From Gemmatimonadota bacterium (GTDB lineage: Bacteria; Gemmatimonadota; Gemmatimonadetes; Gemmatimonadales; GWC2-71-9), in contig JAZDCY010000016.1 of the NCBI GenBank assembly GCA_036679645.1, positions 64,001-128,000 on the forward strand: a stretch of DNA of 64,000 nt. Reading direction: 5' to 3'. Shown here in pieces: positions 36,321 through 44,369 of the stretch (within the stretch, counting starts at the first letter, position 1; each line of letters starts with the position of its first letter). The translations under genes were made by a program, and so were the position numbers. The notes below the pieces were generated by a model. The model worked only from the letters and a program-made list of their open reading frames with translations. It did not search any database and had not been told where the DNA came from.

Positions 36321-36956
36321 ATGTCCATCGACGTTCGTCTCATCGCAATCTGGGATCCGTCGGTGCTGGGCACGCGGGCGATAGCATCCGTGCAGGCGGT
36401 AGAGGCCGGCGGAGCCACAGCGCTCCAGGTGCGCATGAAGAATAGCGGGGCGGGCGAGCTCCTGCGCTGGACCGAACAGCTCATGAGAGCCGTCACGCTC
36501 CCAGTATTCGTCAACGATCGCGTGGATGTCGCCTGGGTGGCCGGCGCGGCCGGTGTCCACTTGGGCGCCGCCGACCTATGCGCCAATCGCGTGCGCGGCG
36601 TGTCGCCCCGGACGCTCCACATCGGTGTGTCCGTCGGGACCGGCGCGGAAGCGGCGCGAGCCCTGAAAGGGGAGCCGGACTACTGGAGTCTCGGTCCCGT
36701 GTTTGCGACCGGCACGAAGGCCGATGCCGGACCGGCCATCGGCATCGACGGGTTCCGCTCGCTGGCCGAGCTGGCCCCCGCACACGTGCCGGTCGTTGCC
36801 ATCGGGGGTATCACGGCCCAGTGTGCTCGTGCCGTGTGTGAAGCCGGGGCAAGTGGAGTGGCCGTGGTCAACGCGATCTTCGGCGCCCCGAACCCCGAGC
36901 GGGCAACGCGGGAGCTGCGAGCCGCCGTCGATGAGGGTGTTGCCGGCTCGCGGTGA
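36321..36956 (+). CDS. thiE: Thiamine phosphate synthase
   Basis: LQVRMK, VNDRVDVA, GVHLG, GPVFATGTK, PVVAIGGI. Confidence 0.93.
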   Translation: MSIDVRLIAIWDPSVLGTRAIASVQAVEAGGATALQVRMKNSGAGELLRWTEQLMRAVTLPVFVNDRVDVAWVAGAAGVHLGAADLCANRVRGVSPRTLHIGVSVGTGAEAARALKGEPDYWSLGPVFATGTKADAGPAIGIDGFRSLAELAPAHVPVVAIGGITAQCARAVCEAGASGVAVVNAIFGAPNPERATRELRAAVDEGVAGSR

Positions 36957-36984
36957 CCGTTAGGCGGCGCAGTTCCCCCGCAGT

Positions 36985-37947
36985 CTATCTGCCGTTCCGA
37001 ATGCGCGCTATGGCCCGATTGTGTTCCCTCAAGGTTCGGGAGAAGACGTGGTAGCCGTCTGCTTGAGCAACAAAATAGAAGAAATCAGTCGCAGCAGGAT
37101 ACAGCGCCGCCTCGATACTTGCGGTCGACGGCTGGCCTATCGGTCCGGGCGGAAGCCCATCGATCTGATACGTGTTGTACGGCGAGCGGATCAGGTAGTC
37201 CCGCTCGAATAGCCGGCGGCGTCTGCCCAAGGCATATATGACCGTCGGGTCCGCCTGGAGCCGCCATCCCGCCCGCAGGCGATTGTGATAGACCGACGAG
37301 ACGTAGTGGCGGTCGCGGTCGTGGCGCACCTCTCCCTCGATGATCGAGGCGAGAATGACGATCTTCCGGCGGGAATATCCCAGGGTGTCGAGCCGCGTAT
37401 CCCACTGCGGCTGCCACTCCGTTTCGAACTCCGCCAGCAGCAGCTCGATTACGTCGAGGGCGGTCGCGCCGATCGGAACGTGGTAGGTGCTCGGATAGAG
37501 GTATCCCTCCAGTGTCTCCGCACTCGCTCCCACGCGCTGAATGAGCGCGCTGTCGCGTGCGGCATCGAGTACGTTTTCGGCGGGGATGCCGAGTTGCTGC
37601 TCCACCGCCGCGGCGACCTCCGGCAGCATGAGACCCTCGGGCAAGATCAGTCGTTCGTACGCGCCGGAGCCGCCCGACGTGAGCACACGGAGCAGTGCGG
37701 GCATCCGGTCGCCGCGGCGCACGTCGAATACGCCGGCGTGAATGGTCCGTTCGCGGCCGGTCATGATGGCGTAGTAGCGAAAACGCCTGGTAGACGCGAT
37801 GAGGGCATGTGCCCGCAACGAGTCCGCAACGGCACGCAATGTTGCACCGCTGGGAATGACGAGGCGCACGGTCCCCGTATCTGCGTTCGTCTGCGGCCTC
37901 GGAGTACATCCGGTGAGCCCCAGGAGCAGCAGGAGCCGTCGCTTCAT
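36985..37947 (-). CDS. mltG: Endolytic transglycosylase MltG
   Basis: LPEG, LEGYLYPSTY, LASIIEGE, NRL..LQADPTV, SPYNTY..GLPPGPI. Confidence 0.95.
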   Translation of the reverse strand: MKRRLLLLLGLTGCTPRPQTNADTGTVRLVIPSGATLRAVADSLRAHALIASTRRFRYYAIMTGRERTIHAGVFDVRRGDRMPALLRVLTSGGSGAYERLILPEGLMLPEVAAAVEQQLGIPAENVLDAARDSALIQRVGASAETLEGYLYPSTYHVPIGATALDVIELLLAEFETEWQPQWDTRLDTLGYSRRKIVILASIIEGEVRHDRDRHYVSSVYHNRLRAGWRLQADPTVIYALGRRRRLFERDYLIRSPYNTYQIDGLPPGPIGQPSTASIEAALYPAATDFFYFVAQADGYHVFSRTLREHNRAIARIRNGR

Positions 37948-38369
37948 CGTGGAGCGCTGTCGAGATGGAGCTGAAGCAGGACCGTTGCGGCCAGACGGTC
38001 CACGTCACCGCGCCGCCTCCGTGATCTGCCGCCCAAGTCCTTCACGGCTTGGAGTGCCCTTGCGGTGCTCATCCGTTCGTCGACGAATGTTACAGGTAGG
38101 CCGCTCTTCTCCGCGATCAGCGCACCCGCGGCCCGCGCCGCCTGCGCCGATGCTCCTTCCGCCCCATCGCTCTCGAGCGGCAGGCCCACCACGATACCGA
38201 CGGGCGCATGTTCATCGAGATAGGCGCGGAGACGCTGCATGGGAAAGCGTTGGCCGGTGCGGCGGGTGAGCGTGCCGAGCGGGTGCGCCACGCGCTGCCC
38301 GGGGTCGGACAGGGCCAGGCCAATGCGTTTCTCGCCCCAGTCTACCCCCAGCAACCGCCCTTCCTTCAT
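37944..38369 (-). CDS. ruvX: RuvX/YqgF family nuclease
   Basis: [40 protein letters not shown]. Confidence 0.95.
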   Translation of the reverse strand: MKEGRLLGVDWGEKRIGLALSDPGQRVAHPLGTLTRRTGQRFPMQRLRAYLDEHAPVGIVVGLPLESDGAEGASAQAARAAGALIAEKSGLPVTFVDERMSTARALQAVKDLGGRSRRRRGDVDRLAATVLLQLHLDSAPR

Positions 38370-39616
38370 CCCTGCTGCATCGTCGCGAAGAATTCCCTGT
38401 TGTTCTTGGTGCGTTTCATTCGCTCGAGAAGGAACTCGATCGCTTCAACGACCGGCATGTCGGCCAGGAAGTTGCGCAGCAGATAGACCTTGTTGAGCTC
38501 GTCGGCATCGAGCAGGAGTTCTTCTTTCCGAGTCGAGGTTCGCTGGACGTCGATGGCCGGATACACGCGGCGGTCGGCGATACCACGGTGCAGCACCAAC
38601 TCCATGTTGCCGGTGCCCTTGAACTCCTCGAAGATCACCTCGTCCATCCGGCTCCCGGTCTCGATGAGGGCCGTGGCGATGATCGTGAGCGATCCGCCGC
38701 CCTCGATGTTGCGGGCCGCACCGAAGAACCGTTTGGGTTTTTGCAGCGCGTTGGCGTCAACACCACCGGAGAGGATCTTCCCAGAGTGCGGGATGACGAC
38801 GTTGTGTGCCCGCGCCAGTCGAGTGATCGAGTCGAGCAGGATAACCACGTCCTTCCCGTGCTCGACCAACCGTTTGGCCTTCTCGATCACCATATCAGCC
38901 ACTTGGACGTGACGATCCGCCGGCTCATCGAAAGTGGATGAGATCACTTCCGCCTGGACGTTCTCCTCCATGTCGGTCACTTCTTCGGGCCGCTCATCGA
39001 TCAGGAGGACGATGAGCGTGATGTCCGGACGGTTCTCCGTGATGGAGTTGGCCAGCTTTTGCAGAAGGATAGTTTTTCCGGCCTTTGGCGGAGCGACGAT
39101 GAGGCCGCGTTGGCCACATCCGATGGGCGAGAGGATATCCACGACGCGCATCGAGATATCGGCGTCCTGGCTCTCGAGGGGTATCCGGTTGTCGGGATAC
39201 CGCGGCCGGAGGTTGTCGAACCCGATACGATGTTTCGCCTTTTCCGGGTCGTCGAAATTGACCTTCTCGACCTTGAGCAGCGCGAGGTACCGCTCGCCCT
39301 CTTTGGGTGGCCGTACCTGTCCGAGCACCGTGTCGCCAGTCATGAGATCGAACCGCTTGATCTGACTCGGGCTGACATAGATGTCGTCGGGGCCGTAGAG
39401 GTAGTTCCAATCTTGGCTGCGCAAGAATCCGTACCCTTCGGACAGGATTTCGAGCACGCCTTCGCCGTGCAGGACCGTGTCCGAATCGAGCAGTTGTTGC
39501 TCGATGCGGAAGATCAAGTCCTGCTTGCGCATGCCTGAGTAGTTGGTGATGTTCAACTGTTCGGCCATGTCGTGCAGTTCGGCGACTGATTTTCTTTTTA
39601 GTTCAGCGATATCCAC
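38366..39616 (-). CDS. rho: Transcription termination factor Rho
   Basis: [55 protein letters not shown]. Confidence 0.99.
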   Translation of the reverse strand: MDIAELKRKSVAELHDMAEQLNITNYSGMRKQDLIFRIEQQLLDSDTVLHGEGVLEILSEGYGFLRSQDWNYLYGPDDIYVSPSQIKRFDLMTGDTVLGQVRPPKEGERYLALLKVEKVNFDDPEKAKHRIGFDNLRPRYPDNRIPLESQDADISMRVVDILSPIGCGQRGLIVAPPKAGKTILLQKLANSITENRPDITLIVLLIDERPEEVTDMEENVQAEVISSTFDEPADRHVQVADMVIEKAKRLVEHGKDVVILLDSITRLARAHNVVIPHSGKILSGGVDANALQKPKRFFGAARNIEGGGSLTIIATALIETGSRMDEVIFEEFKGTGNMELVLHRGIADRRVYPAIDVQRTSTRKEELLLDADELNKVYLLRNFLADMPVVEAIEFLLERMKRTKNNREFFATMQQG

Positions 39617-39735
39617 GGTGGTGGGGCTCCGTCGGTGTGTTGGGCAATGTGGAATTCACATCACGGCAAGACGCCCTCGAGAAGGGCAATAGTCCTGGGA
39701 GTGGCTCTGGGAATCGAGGGAAGTGAAAGCGCCTG

Positions 39736-39764
39736 AAAATAGGATTCGGCCCCAAGGGCGTCAA
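39736..39764 (-). promoter_or_regulatory. Putative rho promoter
   Basis: Minus strand TTGACG-17 nt-TATTTT, followed by a ~110-nt C-rich leader. Confidence 0.6.
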
Positions 39765-39772
39765 GAGGCTCA

Positions 39773-40900
39773 GTGAGTACCCTTTCAGAATTCCTGCTGT
39801 ACTGGCGGACCACGGTCTCGCGCGGTCGCGAGATTGTCGAGGCGGTCGTGCATCCCGACCACGCCGGTCCCTCTCCCTCGCTCCAGGCGGCGCTCGATGC
39901 GTGGCCCGGGTTGTACTACTGGGGATCTAGACCCGAAGCCAATCGCCTCGTCCTGATCCGGGTCACCGAGACGGCGCGCCGTGAGCGTTGGTGGCTCCAC
40001 GGGATTCTCTTCGTCGGAACCTTCCTTACGGTCTGGATGGGAGGGGCCCTGCTGCTCGGCGTGTCCACGAGGACGCTCGCGCTGCCGGGACCAATCGACG
40101 GCCTTGCGGAATGGGTGCACATGCGGGCCGGTGCGGTGCCGTTTGCCATGGCGCTCATGGGCATTCTGCTGACGCACGAGCTGGGGCATTACTTCGCTGC
40201 GAAGCGATACAGCATAGACGTATCGCCGCCGTTCTTCCTGCCCGCGCCCATCGAGTTCACATTCATCGGCACGTTCGGCGCCTTCATTAGACTGCGCAGT
40301 CCCATCGTGGATCGCCGCCAACTCATGGACATTGGTGCGGCGGGTCCGTGGGCCGGGTTCGCCGTAGCGTTGCTGATGCTCGTTGTGGGGCTGACCCGCT
40401 CCGGCGTAGCGCCGCCCGGTGCGTATCCGGCACCGATGGTAGTGCAGACGGCCAACGGGGTTCTCTTCCTTGGCGACTCGCTGCTCACGCTCGGCCTGCG
40501 TAATCTGCTCGTGGGCGATGGTACGGTGGTGCTGCACCAACTCGCGGTGGCTGGGTGGGCGGGTGTTCTCGTCACCGCCCTCAACCTGCTTCCACTCGGA
40601 CAGCTCGATGGCGGGCACATCGTCTACGCCCTACTGGGCGACCGCCAGCGGGCACTGGGTCTCGTCATCTGGCTAGGGTTGGTGGCGGTAGGCGCGTTTT
40701 TCTTCTGGCCGTGGCTGGTCTGGGCGGGGTTGATCCTGGTGCTGGGCGGAGGCCGCCTGGCTCACCCCCACGTCCTGGAGCGGCATCGGCCACTGCCGGC
40801 CAACCGCTGGCCGGTGGGGTGGTTCTCGGTGCTGCTTTTCCTGCTCACATTTGCGCCGGTGCCTATCCTTAATAGTACGGTCGGTGGGATCATCGGATGA
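39773..40900 (+). CDS. Site-2 protease (M50 family)
   Basis: HELGH, AGP, NLLPLGQLDGGH and multiple TM segments; start uncertain. Confidence 0.92.
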   Translation: MSTLSEFLLYWRTTVSRGREIVEAVVHPDHAGPSPSLQAALDAWPGLYYWGSRPEANRLVLIRVTETARRERWWLHGILFVGTFLTVWMGGALLLGVSTRTLALPGPIDGLAEWVHMRAGAVPFAMALMGILLTHELGHYFAAKRYSIDVSPPFFLPAPIEFTFIGTFGAFIRLRSPIVDRRQLMDIGAAGPWAGFAVALLMLVVGLTRSGVAPPGAYPAPMVVQTANGVLFLGDSLLTLGLRNLLVGDGTVVLHQLAVAGWAGVLVTALNLLPLGQLDGGHIVYALLGDRQRALGLVIWLGLVAVGAFFFWPWLVWAGLILVLGGGRLAHPHVLERHRPLPANRWPVGWFSVLLFLLTFAPVPILNSTVGGIIG

Positions 40901-40906
40901 TCTGGA

Positions 40907-41010
40907 GTGCGGGGTGAGCAGTGAGCCGTGCGCGGTGCGGGGATCGTCGCGATTCCCGGGTGGCCGACTGCGCAGGCCAGCCCCGCTAACCGCCCACCGC
41001 GCACCGCTTT
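40907..41010. repeat. Paired degenerate heptamer arrays in inverted orientation
   Basis: GTGCGGG GTGAGCA GTGAGCC GTGCGCG GTGCGGG (40907-40941) and CCGCTAA CCGCCCA CCGCGCA CCGCTTT (40983-41010). Confidence 0.6.
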
Positions 41011-41068
41011 CCTAATTGCGTAAGTGACCATACCCATTATATTTGCGCAAACTACGCGGAGAACGTGG

Positions 41069-41356
41069 ATGCCCGTACCGTCGGTCCGATACGGTCAGAC
41101 CGATCCCGTCGAACCTGTCGTTCATGAACTCCCTCCGATCCGCTACGGCGGGGAGGAAGTCCCTATCCGTCTCTTCGTGCGCCGCGCGGAGGACGGTTCG
41201 TGGCGTGGGAGGCTGATGTTTGGAACTGGGGACGTCGAGGGGGCACCATCGACGGCCGAGATCTTTTGCGGACCCAGTGAGGCCGATCTCTGGGAAGCCG
41301 TCCGCGACCTCCGTGAGCATCACCTCCGTGACCTCTACCGCTCCCTGGCGGAATGA
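41069..41356 (+). CDS. Small hypothetical protein (95 aa)
   Basis: GGAG SD; globular-looking sequence (WRGRLMF, TAEIF, LRDLYRSL); ATGA-coupled to the next gene. Confidence 0.7.
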   Translation: MPVPSVRYGQTDPVEPVVHELPPIRYGGEEVPIRLFVRRAEDGSWRGRLMFGTGDVEGAPSTAEIFCGPSEADLWEAVRDLREHHLRDLYRSLAE

Positions 41357-41544
41357 CCGAAGACACCGAAGATCGCATCCGGAAGTTGCGGCATGATCTC
41401 TCGAACCCACTGGCCGCGATCCTGGCCGAGGCGCAGCTCCAGCTGCTCAATACCGAGACACTGCCGGACGACGTGGTGAGTTCGTTCCGCGCAATCGAGG
41501 AACTGTCGCGCCGCATGCGCGACATGCTCCAGGCCGCCGTCTAG
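41353..41544 (+). CDS. Stand-alone HisKA (dimerization/phospho-acceptor) microprotein, 63 aa
   Basis: H-box LRHDLSNPLAAILAEAQLL and a second helix AIEELSRRMRDML; no ATPase domain follows. Confidence 0.8.
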   Translation: MTEDTEDRIRKLRHDLSNPLAAILAEAQLQLLNTETLPDDVVSSFRAIEELSRRMRDMLQAAV

Positions 41545-41733
41545 CGCGACTGTCGCAAGAGCCCAACAGTCTGGGGTGTGGACGCGTGGTTTGGGGATGC
41601 CCTGGGTGCCCAACTTTGTGGGGTGCAGGGGGCATGTTTTCTGCGTCTTGACGGGGTACGGACGCCGCGACAAGTTCATCGCTCCCGTAGGGCGACGCGT
41701 CGTGCGTCACGCCCGTCTTGGTCGGAGCTATCT

Positions 41734-43041
41734 ATGCCTCACTTCAGTCGCCTCACATTGCTCGCTGCCGCTGGTGTCTTGGTGGCGTGCGGCGGCGTGC
41801 CCGCCGCGGTATCGCCTGCCGAGATTCCTGAGCTGGCCAGCCGGGTTGCGGAGGACCCCGACAACGGGGACCTCGTGCTGCGCTACTCCGCCGCGCTGTT
41901 CGCGGCCAACCGCTGTGACACGGCGGTCACCGTGGCCCGCAGCGGCATGGCGCTCTCGCCCGCGAACGCGGTGGGGCCGCTGGTCGTCGGCCAGTGCCAG
42001 GAGCGCCAGGGCAACGTACAGGAAGCCCTCGCTACCTACCGCGCATTCACGGCGAGTCAGCCGGAGGACGCACGCGGCGTGGCGGCGGTGCGAGCGCGTG
42101 AGGGCCTAGCGGCCCGGACCGCATACACGGCGCAGGCGCGCCGCGCGGTTCAGCAGGAGGCTCAGCTTTCTGCGGCCACCGCCGATCCGACAACGGTGGC
42201 GGTCCTCCCGCTGCAGATCAGCGGCGACTCCAGTTACCAGCCGCTCTCACGCGGACTAGCGCAAATCCTGACCTCTGACCTGGCACTGCTCGAGCGGTTC
42301 CGCATGGTGGAGCGGCTGCAACTTGGCGCACTGCTCGACGAGATCCAGTTCCAGCAGGGCGCCCGTGTCGATCCATCGACCACGGCACGCGTGGGTCGCC
42401 TGATGCAGGCCGGCCGCTTGGTGCAGGGACTCGCGGCGATTCCGGACGAAAACAATGTCCGGCTGGAGGCGACCGTCGTTCTCGCGACTGGCGAGGTCAC
42501 GAGCCCCGGGTCCGTCCAAGGGCGCTTGCGTGATCTCATGCGCATGGAGAAGGAAATCGTCGTCAGCATCGCCTCACAACTGGGCTACACGTTGTCGGAA
42601 GCCGAGCGTCGAATTATCCTCGAGAACGGGACGCAGAACCTCGTGGCGTTTCTCGCATATTCGAATGGACTGGTCGCGGAGGACGCGGGGGACTATCGGG
42701 CGGCAGCGGGCTTCTATGCTGAGGCGGTGCGACGGGATCCCGGATTCCAGGCCGCTCGCTCGGGGCATAGCTCCGCGTCGGCGACGGAAGCGGTCCAGAG
42801 CGCTTCCGCGGGAGAGGTGACGTCCGTCGCCAGTTTCGAGGCGCCCACCGGCGAGTTGATCGACCCGGTGGCTGGCGCGGTCGACGCGACGGTGGTCGAT
42901 CTCGTCCCGACGCTGGTCGAGCAGAACACGATCCAGCAAACGGGCCAGGGTGGGTCCACGACGTCGGGAGGCGGGGACGATCCTCCCCCCCCGCCGCAGA
43001 ACCCCATCGGTATCATCCGTATCGTGTTCAAACTCCCATGA
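41734..43041 (+). CDS. Lipoprotein with TPR repeats and CsgG/FlgO/TolB_N-like domain
   Basis: Lipobox LVAC; TPR-like helices; TVAVLPL...MVERLQL...RVGRLMQAGRLVQG. Confidence 0.78.
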   Translation: MPHFSRLTLLAAAGVLVACGGVPAAVSPAEIPELASRVAEDPDNGDLVLRYSAALFAANRCDTAVTVARSGMALSPANAVGPLVVGQCQERQGNVQEALATYRAFTASQPEDARGVAAVRAREGLAARTAYTAQARRAVQQEAQLSAATADPTTVAVLPLQISGDSSYQPLSRGLAQILTSDLALLERFRMVERLQLGALLDEIQFQQGARVDPSTTARVGRLMQAGRLVQGLAAIPDENNVRLEATVVLATGEVTSPGSVQGRLRDLMRMEKEIVVSIASQLGYTLSEAERRIILENGTQNLVAFLAYSNGLVAEDAGDYRAAAGFYAEAVRRDPGFQAARSGHSSASATEAVQSASAGEVTSVASFEAPTGELIDPVAGAVDATVVDLVPTLVEQNTIQQTGQGGSTTSGGGDDPPPPPQNPIGIIRIVFKLP

Positions 43042-44186
43042 CTGGACGACTGTTTGTCTTCGCGCTGCTCGCGTTCGCGAGCACGACAGCTGCGCTCGAG
43101 GCGCAGGGAGTCCATCAAGTCGTCGCGGCAGCTCGGTACGAGAGCTACTCGTTCGACCCGGGTGGTGTTGGCTTTCGCGATGTCTCGGAGCTGACGATCC
43201 CGGTCGGTCTCAATGCCAGCGTCGGGAACCGGATTACGGTCGCGCTATCGACGGGCTACGCGCGCATCGACGTCACGCTCATCGATGGAACAGAAACGTC
43301 GGTGTCGGGCGTGCTCGATACGGAGATCCGTATCGGGTACAGCATCGTCCCGGGCCGTCTCGTCTTCGTGGCTACTGGTGTGATTCCGACTGGCGTCGAG
43401 ACGGTCGAGTTGAGCCAGGTGTCGGCCCTCGGCGCCTTGGCGAGCGACGTAATCGGTTTTGCCGCTCCGGCACTCGGAACCGGCGGGGCGATTGGTGGGG
43501 GTCTGGTTGGCGGGGTGCCGATCGGACGCTGGGCGCTCGGCTTCGGTGCCACCTATAAGTATGCGCTCTCCTATGTCCCCTTGAGCGTGCAGCCTGACGC
43601 CGAACTCCGGATTGGTCCCGAGCTCAGAGTGCGCGGCGGGCTCGAGGGACCGCTTGGGCGGCACACCTATCTCCGGATGGCGGGCGTGTTTGCGACTCGA
43701 GGTAAGGATGAGTTTGCTGAGCAGACAACCGGCGGCGTTGGGGATCGCATCATCGGATATGTGGCTCTCAACCAAGGAATCGGCAACTCTCAATTGACCG
43801 TCTACGCTTTCGACGTCTACCGCAACGGTCCGCGCCTCGAGCCCGGCTTTGCTGGATCCCTCCCCAAGGGGAATCTGTTCACGACAGGGCTCCGGTTCGA
43901 CGTCGGGTTGGGGAGCACGACGCTCTCGCCGCGCGCCGAGTTTCGGGTATCGGAGGCGGCACCGAGGGTATCGGGGACGACGGCATCGACCAGTGCAAAG
44001 AGCATCCGAGCGGGTTCGGCCGTCCGGATCGGGGTCGATCTGAAGCAGGTGCTCTCGCCCCGGTTGACGCTGCTGCTGCAGGCTGACGGCGTCAAGGGCG
44101 ACGTGCGTGACGTTGTTGGCGGCTTCACGGACTTTTCGGACTTCGATGGCTTCCGGTTCGGCTTTTTCCTGACGGTATCACCCTAG
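43038..44186 (+). CDS. Putative outer-membrane beta-barrel protein
   Basis: Signal peptide, amphipathic strands throughout, C-terminal GFRFGFFLTVSP; ATGA-coupled to the lipoprotein gene. Confidence 0.72.
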   Translation: MTGRLFVFALLAFASTTAALEAQGVHQVVAAARYESYSFDPGGVGFRDVSELTIPVGLNASVGNRITVALSTGYARIDVTLIDGTETSVSGVLDTEIRIGYSIVPGRLVFVATGVIPTGVETVELSQVSALGALASDVIGFAAPALGTGGAIGGGLVGGVPIGRWALGFGATYKYALSYVPLSVQPDAELRIGPELRVRGGLEGPLGRHTYLRMAGVFATRGKDEFAEQTTGGVGDRIIGYVALNQGIGNSQLTVYAFDVYRNGPRLEPGFAGSLPKGNLFTTGLRFDVGLGSTTLSPRAEFRVSEAAPRVSGTTASTSAKSIRAGSAVRIGVDLKQVLSPRLTLLLQADGVKGDVRDVVGGFTDFSDFDGFRFGFFLTVSP

Positions 44187-44204
44187 GATTCGGGATGCCC
44201 GGGT

Positions 44205-44246
44205 ACAAGCGCCCCGCTCGCCAGGCGAGCGGGGCGCTTGTCTTTG
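44205..44246 (+). terminator. Intrinsic terminator / long perfect inverted repeat
   Basis: ACAAGCGCCCCGCTCGCC-A-GGCGAGCGGGGCGCTTGT followed by CTTTG. Confidence 0.8.
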
Positions 44247-44369
44247 TGTCCGGCGGGTCGCTCGCGTTTGCGAAGGGTTTCTGTCATCTTTTGCGGTCAC
44301 TCACCGGCCCCGGGGGTAGCTGACAATGACTGTGATCGCAACCTTTGATCTCACCAAGCGCTAGCGCGC

